Positions 30,204 to 39,345 of a stretch of 64,000 nt of DNA are shown here, piece by piece. This DNA comes from Phycisphaerae bacterium (lineage in GTDB: Bacteria; Planctomycetota; Phycisphaerae; WQYP01), in NCBI GenBank assembly GCA_035504095.1, contig DATJSN010000092.1:68845-132844 (forward strand), in the 5' to 3' direction. A program made the translations under genes and the position numbers. Every line of letters begins with the position of its first letter. Positions within the stretch are counted from its first letter, which is position 1. Under the pieces are notes generated by a model that had not been told where the DNA came from, searched no databases, and saw nothing but the letters and a program-made list of their open reading frames with translations.

Positions 30204-30776
30204 ATGGCAATTTTCTATCGTGGCGCTGGCATTGGAACTTGGTGGCACAAACACGGTCCTGGCCCAAAAGGCTGGAAAGCGCATTCACCCTATATGGAAG
30301 CTAGCGAAACACGCTTAATGAACCACATTGCAGAAGGCAGCACTGCCAGCCCTTTCATATCTTTAACGCGCTCGTATGGCGTTGCGTTAAACTATGCTCG
30401 TAATTCTGGCTTGAGTCGCCCCAATCGTAGGCGCCGTGCATTCGTTTGGGAAATCGAGCTTGAAGAACCTCTTCCGGATGGCTTGCGTTTACATGACCCT
30501 GTAAAAAGGATTGCCAACCATGTTCCACATCCCCTCGCAACTATTCCGTACCAGCACAATGGTGCACCGACCTGCCTCATCGGTTTGATTGATATAACAC
30601 AAGAGAAACTTCTCGCGCAGATATGTCCTGTGCCACCTAATTCAAATCCACCTTATGGCCCCCCTAATATTTCCCTGGGGCTCAAAACTTTAATCTTCGC
30701 ATTGAGAGACGCGGAAGTTCTCGCTACAGGAGTAATACCCAAAGAATGTGTACGCCGTCGATACGATGTTTTTTAA
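30204..30776 (+). CDS. hypothetical protein with R-S-E ADP-ribosyltransferase-like motif arrangement
   Basis: FYRG (residue 5-8), FISLTRS (~50), EIELEE (~83), spaced as in C3/iota-type ARTs. Confidence 0.3.
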   Translation: MAIFYRGAGIGTWWHKHGPGPKGWKAHSPYMEASETRLMNHIAEGSTASPFISLTRSYGVALNYARNSGLSRPNRRRRAFVWEIELEEPLPDGLRLHDPVKRIANHVPHPLATIPYQHNGAPTCLIGLIDITQEKLLAQICPVPPNSNPPYGPPNISLGLKTLIFALRDAEVLATGVIPKECVRRRYDVF

Positions 30777-30789
30777 TGGACTGATTAAA

Positions 30790-33700
30790 ATGGCTTCTAT
30801 GAGCAAAATCCGCACAATTAAACTGACAGGGTCACTCGGACCGTTGACTTTCCTGAGGGTCGAACTGACAAACGACGCGAGCAACGATTTTGCGATTATC
30901 CGCTACTCTCTTTCGGGGAAGGAGCAAACGGGAGGCTTAAGGCTCGATCTCAATAAACGTACCTTCTTAGATTTGACAGGCGTTGCGGCGGTTGATACCC
31001 AACTTCCTCAAATCGCGCTCCAAGTCCTTAATGCCATTGGAGACAGAGGTAAACATCGCACTCGAAGACCGCCTTACGTGGTCAAAATGCGCGAACCGAT
31101 CACTTCCGAGCGATTCCAACCGCTTTCAACTGGCGCAAAAACAAAAACATTTCTTGGCTTTGACTCTACATCGTTATCTCGTCTTGCAACGAAAGAGACA
31201 ATTGAATTATTTAGAAAAATGTTGTGGTGTTCTGCACGCCGTCATTCGTTGCCTATCCAATCGATCACGATCTCATTAAATGTAAACGCGCCAGATGGCG
31301 GTATCGATGCGTGTGTCGCACCCAACACGATTAATACGGATCAAGACTTATTGATCTCAGGGAATTCATATTTTCAGATCAAAGCTGGCGACTCTTCGAC
31401 CCCATGGCAAAAGTCGTGGCTTCAAAAGGAACTCTTTGGTAATGTTAAAAAGCATTCCAAAGCAGCACTAGGTAAGGCCGTCCAGAATTGCCTTGCGCAT
31501 AATGGCCGATACGTCATTGTTTGTTTCGGAATTGATCCAACCGATTCACAGCGTAGAAAAAGCATCAAATATTTGCGGGAATTATTTGCTGCTTGTGGCT
31601 ACAAACATGCACAAGTTGACGTGTGGGGGCAGGGAACACTGGCGGGTCTTATTCATCAGTTTCCATCAATAGAATTGCAGTTGTCCAACCGCCATCAATT
31701 ACCGTTTTCGACCCACGATGAATGGAAACTCGATTCTGAGATGGGGCGATCATTGCACCTAGGCAATGCTCAAAAAGAAATCATTGATGTAATTCGTAAT
31801 TGTCTACGTGGAACTGAAGTTTACCATGTGCGATTGATCGGTGAGCCTGGATTGGGTAAAACGCGCTTGGCACTCCAAGCGTTATCCGCTGAAGACTTGG
31901 CTCCAACTGTAATTTATGTGCGACACCCCGAAGATTTTCAACAAGGGCCACTGTTCAATGAGATACTTCGTGCCGACAATATATCTTCTATGACGCTTGT
32001 CATAGACGATTGCTCTGAAAAAGAACGAGCTTCGATCTGGAATGTTCTACGGCAACGAAGAGATCGCATTCGTCTCATTACCCTTGACCAAGGGCCAGAA
32101 AAATCTGCCGACGACTTAATGCAAGTATTCGAGTGCCCCGCTCTTGATAAGGAGCAAATAAAGGCAATACTCGCTGAATATATCGGTATGAATCCAGATA
32201 CAAATCGATGGATTGATTTTTGTTCAGGATCACCGCGTGTGGCTCATGCCGTAGGTGAAAATCTTCGTAGGAATCCTGATGATGTCCTTAAGCCAACAGC
32301 AACTGTACCTCTTTGGGAACGCTTCATTCAAGGAAATAGTAAAACTGGAAGCCAGGATGAATCTGAGAAAGAAACCGCTCTTAGGCACATTGCATTATTT
32401 CACAAATTTGGTTTTGAGCATCCTGTAGATGGGGAAGCCAAATTCATTTCGAGCATGATCGAGATTGCAAATCCGGCAATCACGTGGCAACGATTCCAGT
32501 CGATCATTAAGGATTTCCGTGATCGCCGAATTCTACAAGGCAAAACAACCCTCTTCATAGTACCCAAACTTTTACACATTTATTATTGGTGCCAATTTTG
32601 GGAACACTACGGGCCGGGGACGGACATCAGCAACTTGATTTCTCGTATGCCGCAGTCGCTGTTTCGCTGGTTTACCGAGATGTTCAAATACGGCCATGTA
32701 TCACAGAGTTGTCTCACTCGCATCGAGATTATTACTTCGTCAGGTGGTCCATTCGATAAACGAGAGTTTCTCATTTCTGGTCAAGGCTGTGTATTCCTAA
32801 ACGAGCTGGCTGAAGCGAATCCGGAGGCGACACTTCGTTGCCTTGAACGAACGATAGGCAATTGGTCACGTAAAGAGCTATTCGAACTTAGGCAAAGTCG
32901 TCAATACCTTGTATGGGCGTTGGAGAAAATCGCAATATGGAAGAATTTGTTCCAACGTGCCGCCACGGTATTGCTTAAGTTGGCGTTGGCGGAAAATGCA
33001 CCTAATAGCAACAACGCCATCGGTACTTTCTGCGATCTATTTACAATGGGATATGACCGGTTTGCCAGTTCTGAAGCACCGCCAGAATTGCGGCTACCCG
33101 TGCTGCGCACCGCACTCGAATCATCAGACCATGCGACACGAATGCTCGCATTGAAAGCCATCGACAAGAATTTGGATAACCATCCACACACTAAAATAGG
33201 CTGCCCAGAGTACCAAGGAATGCGTCAGCTTCCTGCGCTCTGGCGTCCCAAGACCTACGGAGAACTATTCAACGCCTATCGTTCTTGCTGGCAACTGGTT
33301 GTCGGATTCCATCGAACTGCGACTGGTGTCGAAAAAACAACGGCAACTAAAGTTATGATTGATGCTGCCTTCGGGTTGGTGCAAAATAGATGGATAGAAA
33401 AAGAGATTTTGGTCACACTCGAAAAACTGGCGGTCGATCCTGAAACAGACTTACGTCCTATCGTCAGGTTAATTTCACGATTTCGCGTTCTTCACTGGAA
33501 GAACCTTAGTAGAAATGCCGCCAAAAAATTGCATGCAATTGACAACAGAATTCGCGGCACAACGATTGAATCTCAGATTAAGCGAATGGTATTGCTGGCC
33601 AACCATGACGATATTGATAGAGGCGAGGGTAGCCAATACGGGAACAAATATAGGAAGAAACTAACACAGCTTGCACGATCAGCAATGTCGCAACCAGAAA

Positions 33701-34929
33701 TATTGAAAGCACTTTTGCCTGATTTATTGTCGCAACAAGAGGGTTTCGCCTTAATTTCATTTGGACAAGCTTGGGGAAATGAAGACCAATCTTTAGAATG
33801 GTGGCCCACTATTCTAGAACAGTTCACAGCATTAGGAGGTCAGCGGAATCCAGAACTGATGGCGGGGTATCTTGGAAGTATATTCAAAAAAAATCGCGAA
33901 AGATGGCAACTTATTGCACTGCAAATATTGGAAGATAGAACACTAGTTCGTTACGCAAAGCAACTGATTCTGGGGTCAGGTATGACCGAAGTTGTAATGA
34001 CAAAGCTGTGTACCGCGATAGAAGGCGGTACAGTTTCGGCAGAAGTACTTAGTCAAATGGGATATTTTGGAAAAGCATACGGCTTATCCACCGAACAACT
34101 AGTGGGGTTTATCAGTTGGTGTGCCAAACAAGGAACATTCGAACTGATGAGTGTCGGCTTAACTGCGGCGTACGCACTCTTCTGCACGGATAAGGATGCT
34201 CCACCAATTCCTGAAAAACCACTTCTCCAACTGCTCACGGCACCCAATGTACTGCATAGTCGTACGCCCGACCTTGCAGATTATGAATGGTCTGAGCTTA
34301 CTAAGCGATTTGTCGAGGCATATCCACAACATTCAATGCGCATAATTGAAAGCGTATTAAATCATTTTGATGATTTTGAGTTTGTGTTAGCCTTCTCACA
34401 TTCACAAGCACAGACGGCGATGCTTGATCTGGTACGTCGTGAACGACACGGGGCATGGTTGGCTGTCATCAACAAATTGAATCTACTTAACGGAACGATC
34501 TCGCACAACCTTCAGCATTGGCTAAACCCCGGCTACAAAGTAGGAGAAAATACCGAATTGGGCGTGTTAAACCTATTTGATATAAATGACATATTGGTTT
34601 GGATAGACGAAGATCCAAAAGTGCGAGCGCCATTCATTGCACGGGTATGTCCAAAAACACTAAACCAACATGAAGGAGGGCGACTGACGCGAGAAATACT
34701 CCACCGTTATGGCGATCAGGCCGAGGTTAAGAATGCTTTATGGGTGAATTTTGGCACAGAAAGCTGGATCGGAAGCGCGAGCAGTCATTATCGAAATAAA
34801 CGCGACCAAATGCGAGAGTGGCTATCCAAAGAAACCGTCACGACAGTTATTCGCTGGTTAGAAGAATACATCGATTACCTGGGTAATGAGATCAAGCGCA
34901 ACGAAATTAGCGAGGAGCGTGAGTATTGA
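30790..34929 (+). CDS. Avs-like antiviral STAND NTPase (N-terminal Mrr-type PD-QxK nuclease domain, P-loop NTPase, C-terminal helical repeats)
   Basis: DGGIDACV...FQIKAG (Mrr_cat-like), Walker A GEPGLGKTRLA, Walker B LVIDDC, ~800 aa of alpha-helical repeats. Start at ATG 30790 chosen to avoid overlap with the upstream gene. Confidence 0.6.
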   Translation: MASMSKIRTIKLTGSLGPLTFLRVELTNDASNDFAIIRYSLSGKEQTGGLRLDLNKRTFLDLTGVAAVDTQLPQIALQVLNAIGDRGKHRTRRPPYVVKMREPITSERFQPLSTGAKTKTFLGFDSTSLSRLATKETIELFRKMLWCSARRHSLPIQSITISLNVNAPDGGIDACVAPNTINTDQDLLISGNSYFQIKAGDSSTPWQKSWLQKELFGNVKKHSKAALGKAVQNCLAHNGRYVIVCFGIDPTDSQRRKSIKYLRELFAACGYKHAQVDVWGQGTLAGLIHQFPSIELQLSNRHQLPFSTHDEWKLDSEMGRSLHLGNAQKEIIDVIRNCLRGTEVYHVRLIGEPGLGKTRLALQALSAEDLAPTVIYVRHPEDFQQGPLFNEILRADNISSMTLVIDDCSEKERASIWNVLRQRRDRIRLITLDQGPEKSADDLMQVFECPALDKEQIKAILAEYIGMNPDTNRWIDFCSGSPRVAHAVGENLRRNPDDVLKPTATVPLWERFIQGNSKTGSQDESEKETALRHIALFHKFGFEHPVDGEAKFISSMIEIANPAITWQRFQSIIKDFRDRRILQGKTTLFIVPKLLHIYYWCQFWEHYGPGTDISNLISRMPQSLFRWFTEMFKYGHVSQSCLTRIEIITSSGGPFDKREFLISGQGCVFLNELAEANPEATLRCLERTIGNWSRKELFELRQSRQYLVWALEKIAIWKNLFQRAATVLLKLALAENAPNSNNAIGTFCDLFTMGYDRFASSEAPPELRLPVLRTALESSDHATRMLALKAIDKNLDNHPHTKIGCPEYQGMRQLPALWRPKTYGELFNAYRSCWQLVVGFHRTATGVEKTTATKVMIDAAFGLVQNRWIEKEILVTLEKLAVDPETDLRPIVRLISRFRVLHWKNLSRNAAKKLHAIDNRIRGTTIESQIKRMVLLANHDDIDRGEGSQYGNKYRKKLTQLARSAMSQPEILKALLPDLLSQQEGFALISFGQAWGNEDQSLEWWPTILEQFTALGGQRNPELMAGYLGSIFKKNRERWQLIALQILEDRTLVRYAKQLILGSGMTEVVMTKLCTAIEGGTVSAEVLSQMGYFGKAYGLSTEQLVGFISWCAKQGTFELMSVGLTAAYALFCTDKDAPPIPEKPLLQLLTAPNVLHSRTPDLADYEWSELTKRFVEAYPQHSMRIIESVLNHFDDFEFVLAFSHSQAQTAMLDLVRRERHGAWLAVINKLNLLNGTISHNLQHWLNPGYKVGENTELGVLNLFDINDILVWIDEDPKVRAPFIARVCPKTLNQHEGGRLTREILHRYGDQAEVKNALWVNFGTESWIGSASSHYRNKRDQMREWLSKETVTTVIRWLEEYIDYLGNEIKRNEISEEREY

Positions 34930-35054
34930 TTACGTTGAGGGAGGCGAAACCGGAGGGCGCTACACCATATTTATATTGGTTGGAATGATGCTATCTTGCG
35001 AGTGCTGCCACACAAAGCATTATCGAGCTCGTTCATGGTAGTACAAGTACCGGG

Positions 35055-36407
35055 TTACGAATAACAGTTTCGTCCGGATACATCATAGCCCAAGGCTTCC
35101 AATACCCGGCAAATTTCGCTCCAAACCACGCCAGGGTACTGTGTCTCAATTTCGTCAATCTGCTTCTGGGTGATCTTATGCATTGATTCGGCGTCTTGTA
35201 CGCCCAGGGCAATCAGTACGGATTTAGTCCTTGGGGTTATGTCAAATTCGTCTAATAGCTTGTTCGTGGGAGGTTTCGCAACTTCAGGCCGGGGCGCCAC
35301 CTTGAACAAAGGGTCAAGAGAGTCGGCATACCAAGAGGCCCACTCAGACCATTCACGGAAATTTCTTTCGTCAATGATTCGCATTTCGCCGGATTCCACA
35401 AACTGATTTATCGCTTTTAGATAGGCGCGGATGCGTTCAGCATAGTGCCATCTGTCAACTTGTACCGCCAAACTTTCCCGTCGCTCCTTTTCTTTTTCAT
35501 TGTGCTGTTGTTTGGCCAATCTTAGTTGTTCAATCGCGTTCTTCTGGCGGGCATGGCATTCATTGTCGAGCCGGTGCCGTTTCCGATTTTCAATCTGAGC
35601 CACCAAGCCGTCGAGGATTCGATTGAGAATCTTCTCCAGTCGCTGATGGGTTCCATCGGCCCAATTCAAACGGAGTCCCTCGCTTTGAAAATTCTCGATT
35701 GAAAAGACCAATCGACCGTTCGGACGACTTGGTGGATACCTACGCAAGCGCCTTTTCTCCGGTGTCCCGTTCGGAAGCGGTTCGGGGAGCTCTTTTAGAC
35801 TCACGAGTACTTCATACGGGCCAATTGCAAATGCCGTGCTGTAATGACCAAGGAAACTTTTGACCCCGAGCTTGACCGATCCGCCGACTTCTTCCCATGC
35901 ACGAATCAACGCATCCATGATTTTCAGGGCGCGGGTGATCGAGTCTGACGCGACCGCGATATTCAACGCTGTTTTAGGGTCGCTATGAACGATGCGATTA
36001 TCATCAGGAGTACCTGCACGAAGTTGTATTCTTGTCTGTTCGACCAGCGCATGCGGTGATAAAAGATGCTCGGAAATTAAGATCGGTGCACGATTCACCG
36101 CCATTTGTCCAGATGCCCCATTGGTCACGGTATCGCCAAAAATCGCCGGCTGAGGGTGAAATTGAACTTTTTGAAGCTGCGGATCAGTTACGACCGGCAG
36201 CGGCGTGCGTTCGATCTGGTAGCCATACTTTCGCTGTGACCAGTACCCCTTCGGAGGACGCGGGATATTATGTCGGCGGCATGCTTTGCCGAGGGCCACA
36301 TCAGAAACGCCGTATTTCCGTGAGAGTTGCGTGCCCGGTACTTCCCAGAGTTCCACATAAAGCGTTTCCCGATCAACGCAATGATTTTCAGTTTGAAGTT
36401 GGGACAT
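35055..36407 (-). CDS. hypothetical protein (N-terminal HTH-like segment)
   Basis: 450 aa, 166 bp downstream of the GHKL operon on the same strand. Confidence 0.35.
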   Translation of the reverse strand: MSQLQTENHCVDRETLYVELWEVPGTQLSRKYGVSDVALGKACRRHNIPRPPKGYWSQRKYGYQIERTPLPVVTDPQLQKVQFHPQPAIFGDTVTNGASGQMAVNRAPILISEHLLSPHALVEQTRIQLRAGTPDDNRIVHSDPKTALNIAVASDSITRALKIMDALIRAWEEVGGSVKLGVKSFLGHYSTAFAIGPYEVLVSLKELPEPLPNGTPEKRRLRRYPPSRPNGRLVFSIENFQSEGLRLNWADGTHQRLEKILNRILDGLVAQIENRKRHRLDNECHARQKNAIEQLRLAKQQHNEKEKERRESLAVQVDRWHYAERIRAYLKAINQFVESGEMRIIDERNFREWSEWASWYADSLDPLFKVAPRPEVAKPPTNKLLDEFDITPRTKSVLIALGVQDAESMHKITQKQIDEIETQYPGVVWSEICRVLEALGYDVSGRNCYS

Positions 36408-36572
36408 AAATACTCTCCTGGTCTACGAAATAAACGGTGCATAAAATGTCCCGGATAAGTTACACGACAATACGGCAGAATTCAGCGAGATTTACCGGGC
36501 GGCGGGCCGAGAAATTGAAGTGCATGCGGAAATTGGTATCATGCTAGTTATGTCCTCATTCCGCTCTGTGAG

Positions 36573-37520
36573 TTAGAGGACAAGCTCAGCATAGGATGGG
36601 AGAAACCGATACACATCGCGGTACCTCTTGATATCCTCAGGTGCTGCTTCAAACGCATCTGGAACCCATTCATCTGCACATGGCATGACACAATCCAAAT
36701 GCAGGCGTTCTTTTCGTGTGAATCGCGGAATTTGTAGTTCACATGGGTCAAAGGAAAATGAAGTTCTGTAGTATATAGTGTTCTCTAAACCGGCGGCGGA
36801 CAATCTCCGTTTCTCATCAGGTGTACAAATCATTCCACCCACGGTGAGCATTGTATGGCCATCTTTGTATACAAAATTGAATATGCGGCAAAATTCAGCC
36901 TCACTCCTCGAACGCATTCCACGACTAATGATATTGTCAAGAATTTGCGTATTGAGTTTAACCATGTTTGATTTTGCAAATGTTGTACTGTCATGCCCGC
37001 GTGGAAGATACTCTGCAACCTCGGTAGCAAAATGCTCTTGCCATTGTTTCGGTCCAGTATCCTCTTTTCCCGGAGGTTCGACATCAACGGTTGTGAGCAA
37101 AAGTGATCCGGTCGTCAGACTACTTAAGGCGGATACAATATCGCGTGCATAATCGGCTCTAATAACTGTGTCATAGTCCAACCAAAGAATGTGCTTTCGG
37201 TCACGAGATAGTTCGGGGATTACTTTGCTAATTGGGGCAATGCGAACCTCAACGTTTCCATAAGGCTTATTGAATTCAACCCGCTTTTTAATTGCACTCG
37301 ATATTTCTACGCTGAGCATTTTCTGAATTCCTAAATACTTATGGAACAACGCGAAGTCGAAGAAGTAGATTGAGCCCATACCGGTATATTGATAGTCGGC
37401 AATAGGAAAACCAGCCGCGATTAGCCGTTGAAAGGCGTCAACCAACATGCGTCGCTCAACCTGTTTCGCTTCGCGAAGATCATATGGAACTTTTCGGTAG
37501 CTTTCGCTAATGGCGTTCAT
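36573..37520 (-). CDS. hypothetical protein, partner of the GHKL ATPase
   Basis: 315 aa; 4-bp overlap with the upstream ATPase gene; no recognisable family. Confidence 0.4.
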   Translation of the reverse strand: MNAISESYRKVPYDLREAKQVERRMLVDAFQRLIAAGFPIADYQYTGMGSIYFFDFALFHKYLGIQKMLSVEISSAIKKRVEFNKPYGNVEVRIAPISKVIPELSRDRKHILWLDYDTVIRADYARDIVSALSSLTTGSLLLTTVDVEPPGKEDTGPKQWQEHFATEVAEYLPRGHDSTTFAKSNMVKLNTQILDNIISRGMRSRSEAEFCRIFNFVYKDGHTMLTVGGMICTPDEKRRLSAAGLENTIYYRTSFSFDPCELQIPRFTRKERLHLDCVMPCADEWVPDAFEAAPEDIKRYRDVYRFLPSYAELVL

Positions 37521-38884
37521 TGGACGCCCTCCTGCTTGAGAAAATAATCGAATGTATAACGGCCAATATCTTTGGGAGGCATGCTAGGGCGCCGTAGGTG
37601 TTCGCGCACCTTTTCTAAGTCTGTAAGATTCACATTGTATCGAACGCTCGCCGTGGTCTTCTGTTTTCGCGGAAGCTTTTCCGGATTAAAGCTGCGGCTT
37701 GGCACTGAAGCAACCTGTCCAAGATCAGCTTGGCTAAGGGAAGTCATTATCTTCCGTTCATCCGAGGTCACTTCTGATTTTGACTGAGATAGACTGTTCA
37801 AGAAAGAATAAACTGGCCTTGCGATACTCGCCATTCGCTCACGAACTCGCAAGAACACAGCAGCTTCACGGTTGAGGCTGCGCTTCGTTGTGGTCCATGG
37901 AAGTTTCAAGGGGTCGCGAGAAGAAAAGGAAGCAATTCCAATGAATCCTCGCGATACACTGGTATGAAATTGTGGAAGAATGCCAGCTCCCCATCCGGTC
38001 AACTCCGTTTTGTCTGCGGCAAGAATTACGCGACCGTTACAGAGAACATACCATCCGGCAGGTTCAGCTCGCCATTCATTGGATTCGCCCCTTGCTGCAA
38101 GTCCAGCGATAAGTGTGATGTGGACGCCTTCCTCATCCCATGTCTCCACGGCGGGCGTGAAATTTTCGGACGCACCAAGTGGGATTAATGTGGGAGAAAT
38201 AGACATTCCGTTGAGAATAATATCGACGTATCGAGTTAAAAATGAAGCATAAGTTTGTGCAATCGAGCGATGCAGTGCAGTTGTTGTTGTCGGATCTCTG
38301 AACAGCGACTGGATGTCAGGGCTGATTCGTGCAATATTGATTGTCGTTCCAGGCTGCTCTGGGGGCATTGCTCCTTCAAGGTGATCCAAGGGAAACCGCC
38401 AGTCATTGAGAGTGTCATCCTTCTGTGACCACTCAGCAACATCCACCTTGACTCGAAATCCGTTAACGGCTGTATGAGATGTCATTTCGAAATGATCGCC
38501 AATCTTAAAAATTGCTCGCTTGAGACCAATTCCATAAGCACCCAGTTGTGTTGTGCCCATATCACCGGCAGGGTGTTCCGCATGGCCAAAATTGAATACT
38601 TCCCGTTCAGCATAAGCTTGGTCAATTCCTCCACAATTGTCCTGAATGGAAAAACCGTCTTTTGTATAACTAACCTGAATTCTAGCCTTAGGCTCGTTGA
38701 TAGGTATTATAGGATTGGTGTTCAACAGGTCCTTTGCGTCGAGATTAAGTTGACGCGACCGAATCAGGCCATCAATGGAATTGTCGATCAAATCTAAAAT
38801 GCAGTCTTGGAGTGAGATGTCTCGCGTGAACATCTCCAAAAAAAACCTCTTACGCGGGAGCGCGAGTGCATATGTGTCGGACAT
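37517..38884 (-). CDS. GHKL-superfamily (MutL/MORC-like) ATPase
   Basis: N-box LDLIDNSIDG, G1 box IQDNCGGID, G2 box GAYGIGLKRAIF. Confidence 0.6.
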   Translation of the reverse strand: MSDTYALALPRKRFFLEMFTRDISLQDCILDLIDNSIDGLIRSRQLNLDAKDLLNTNPIIPINEPKARIQVSYTKDGFSIQDNCGGIDQAYAEREVFNFGHAEHPAGDMGTTQLGAYGIGLKRAIFKIGDHFEMTSHTAVNGFRVKVDVAEWSQKDDTLNDWRFPLDHLEGAMPPEQPGTTINIARISPDIQSLFRDPTTTTALHRSIAQTYASFLTRYVDIILNGMSISPTLIPLGASENFTPAVETWDEEGVHITLIAGLAARGESNEWRAEPAGWYVLCNGRVILAADKTELTGWGAGILPQFHTSVSRGFIGIASFSSRDPLKLPWTTTKRSLNREAAVFLRVRERMASIARPVYSFLNSLSQSKSEVTSDERKIMTSLSQADLGQVASVPSRSFNPEKLPRKQKTTASVRYNVNLTDLEKVREHLRRPSMPPKDIGRYTFDYFLKQEGVQ

Positions 38885-39345
38885 GCTCTGTTCCTTCCAA
38901 TCTCTGGTCAGGCACTAATCAGTATATAGTTACCCGTATTCGCTTCAGCCAACCGTTCTATACCACGTTTCGGAACTAATTCCAGTTGGCAGCAAAACCG
39001 ACACCAACCCTAGTGCACGACCACGATGCTGATCTTTCCGTTGTAGGACTTGTTGGCTAGGTAACCTGCGAAACACCAGCCACTCTTCAATTTTGAAATC
39101 ATTGTCGCTTGTTTGAATCGCCCTGTAAACGGCTAATGCAACGACGGATAATCAGATGCCTGGTTAATAATTCAAAGCGTGCGTGCCGGAATTGGTGGTT
39201 GTCCCTAATAGTTCCAAAAGGTCGCTGTCCAAACCATTTCACACCCTCACGCTTAAACTTGCTTCCTAATCGCACTGATATGGCATATGCCCCGGTAAAT
39301 TGCGGCTGCGTCGAGATCACTGGCGGTCATGATCCTGCAACGATT

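Noticed and set aside
30748-30789. Extended start of the STAND gene (MYAVDTMFFNGLIK)
   Set aside because: It overlaps the end of the upstream gene by 29 nt; the in-frame ATG at 30790 gives a non-overlapping start. This is unresolved without RBS or homology data.
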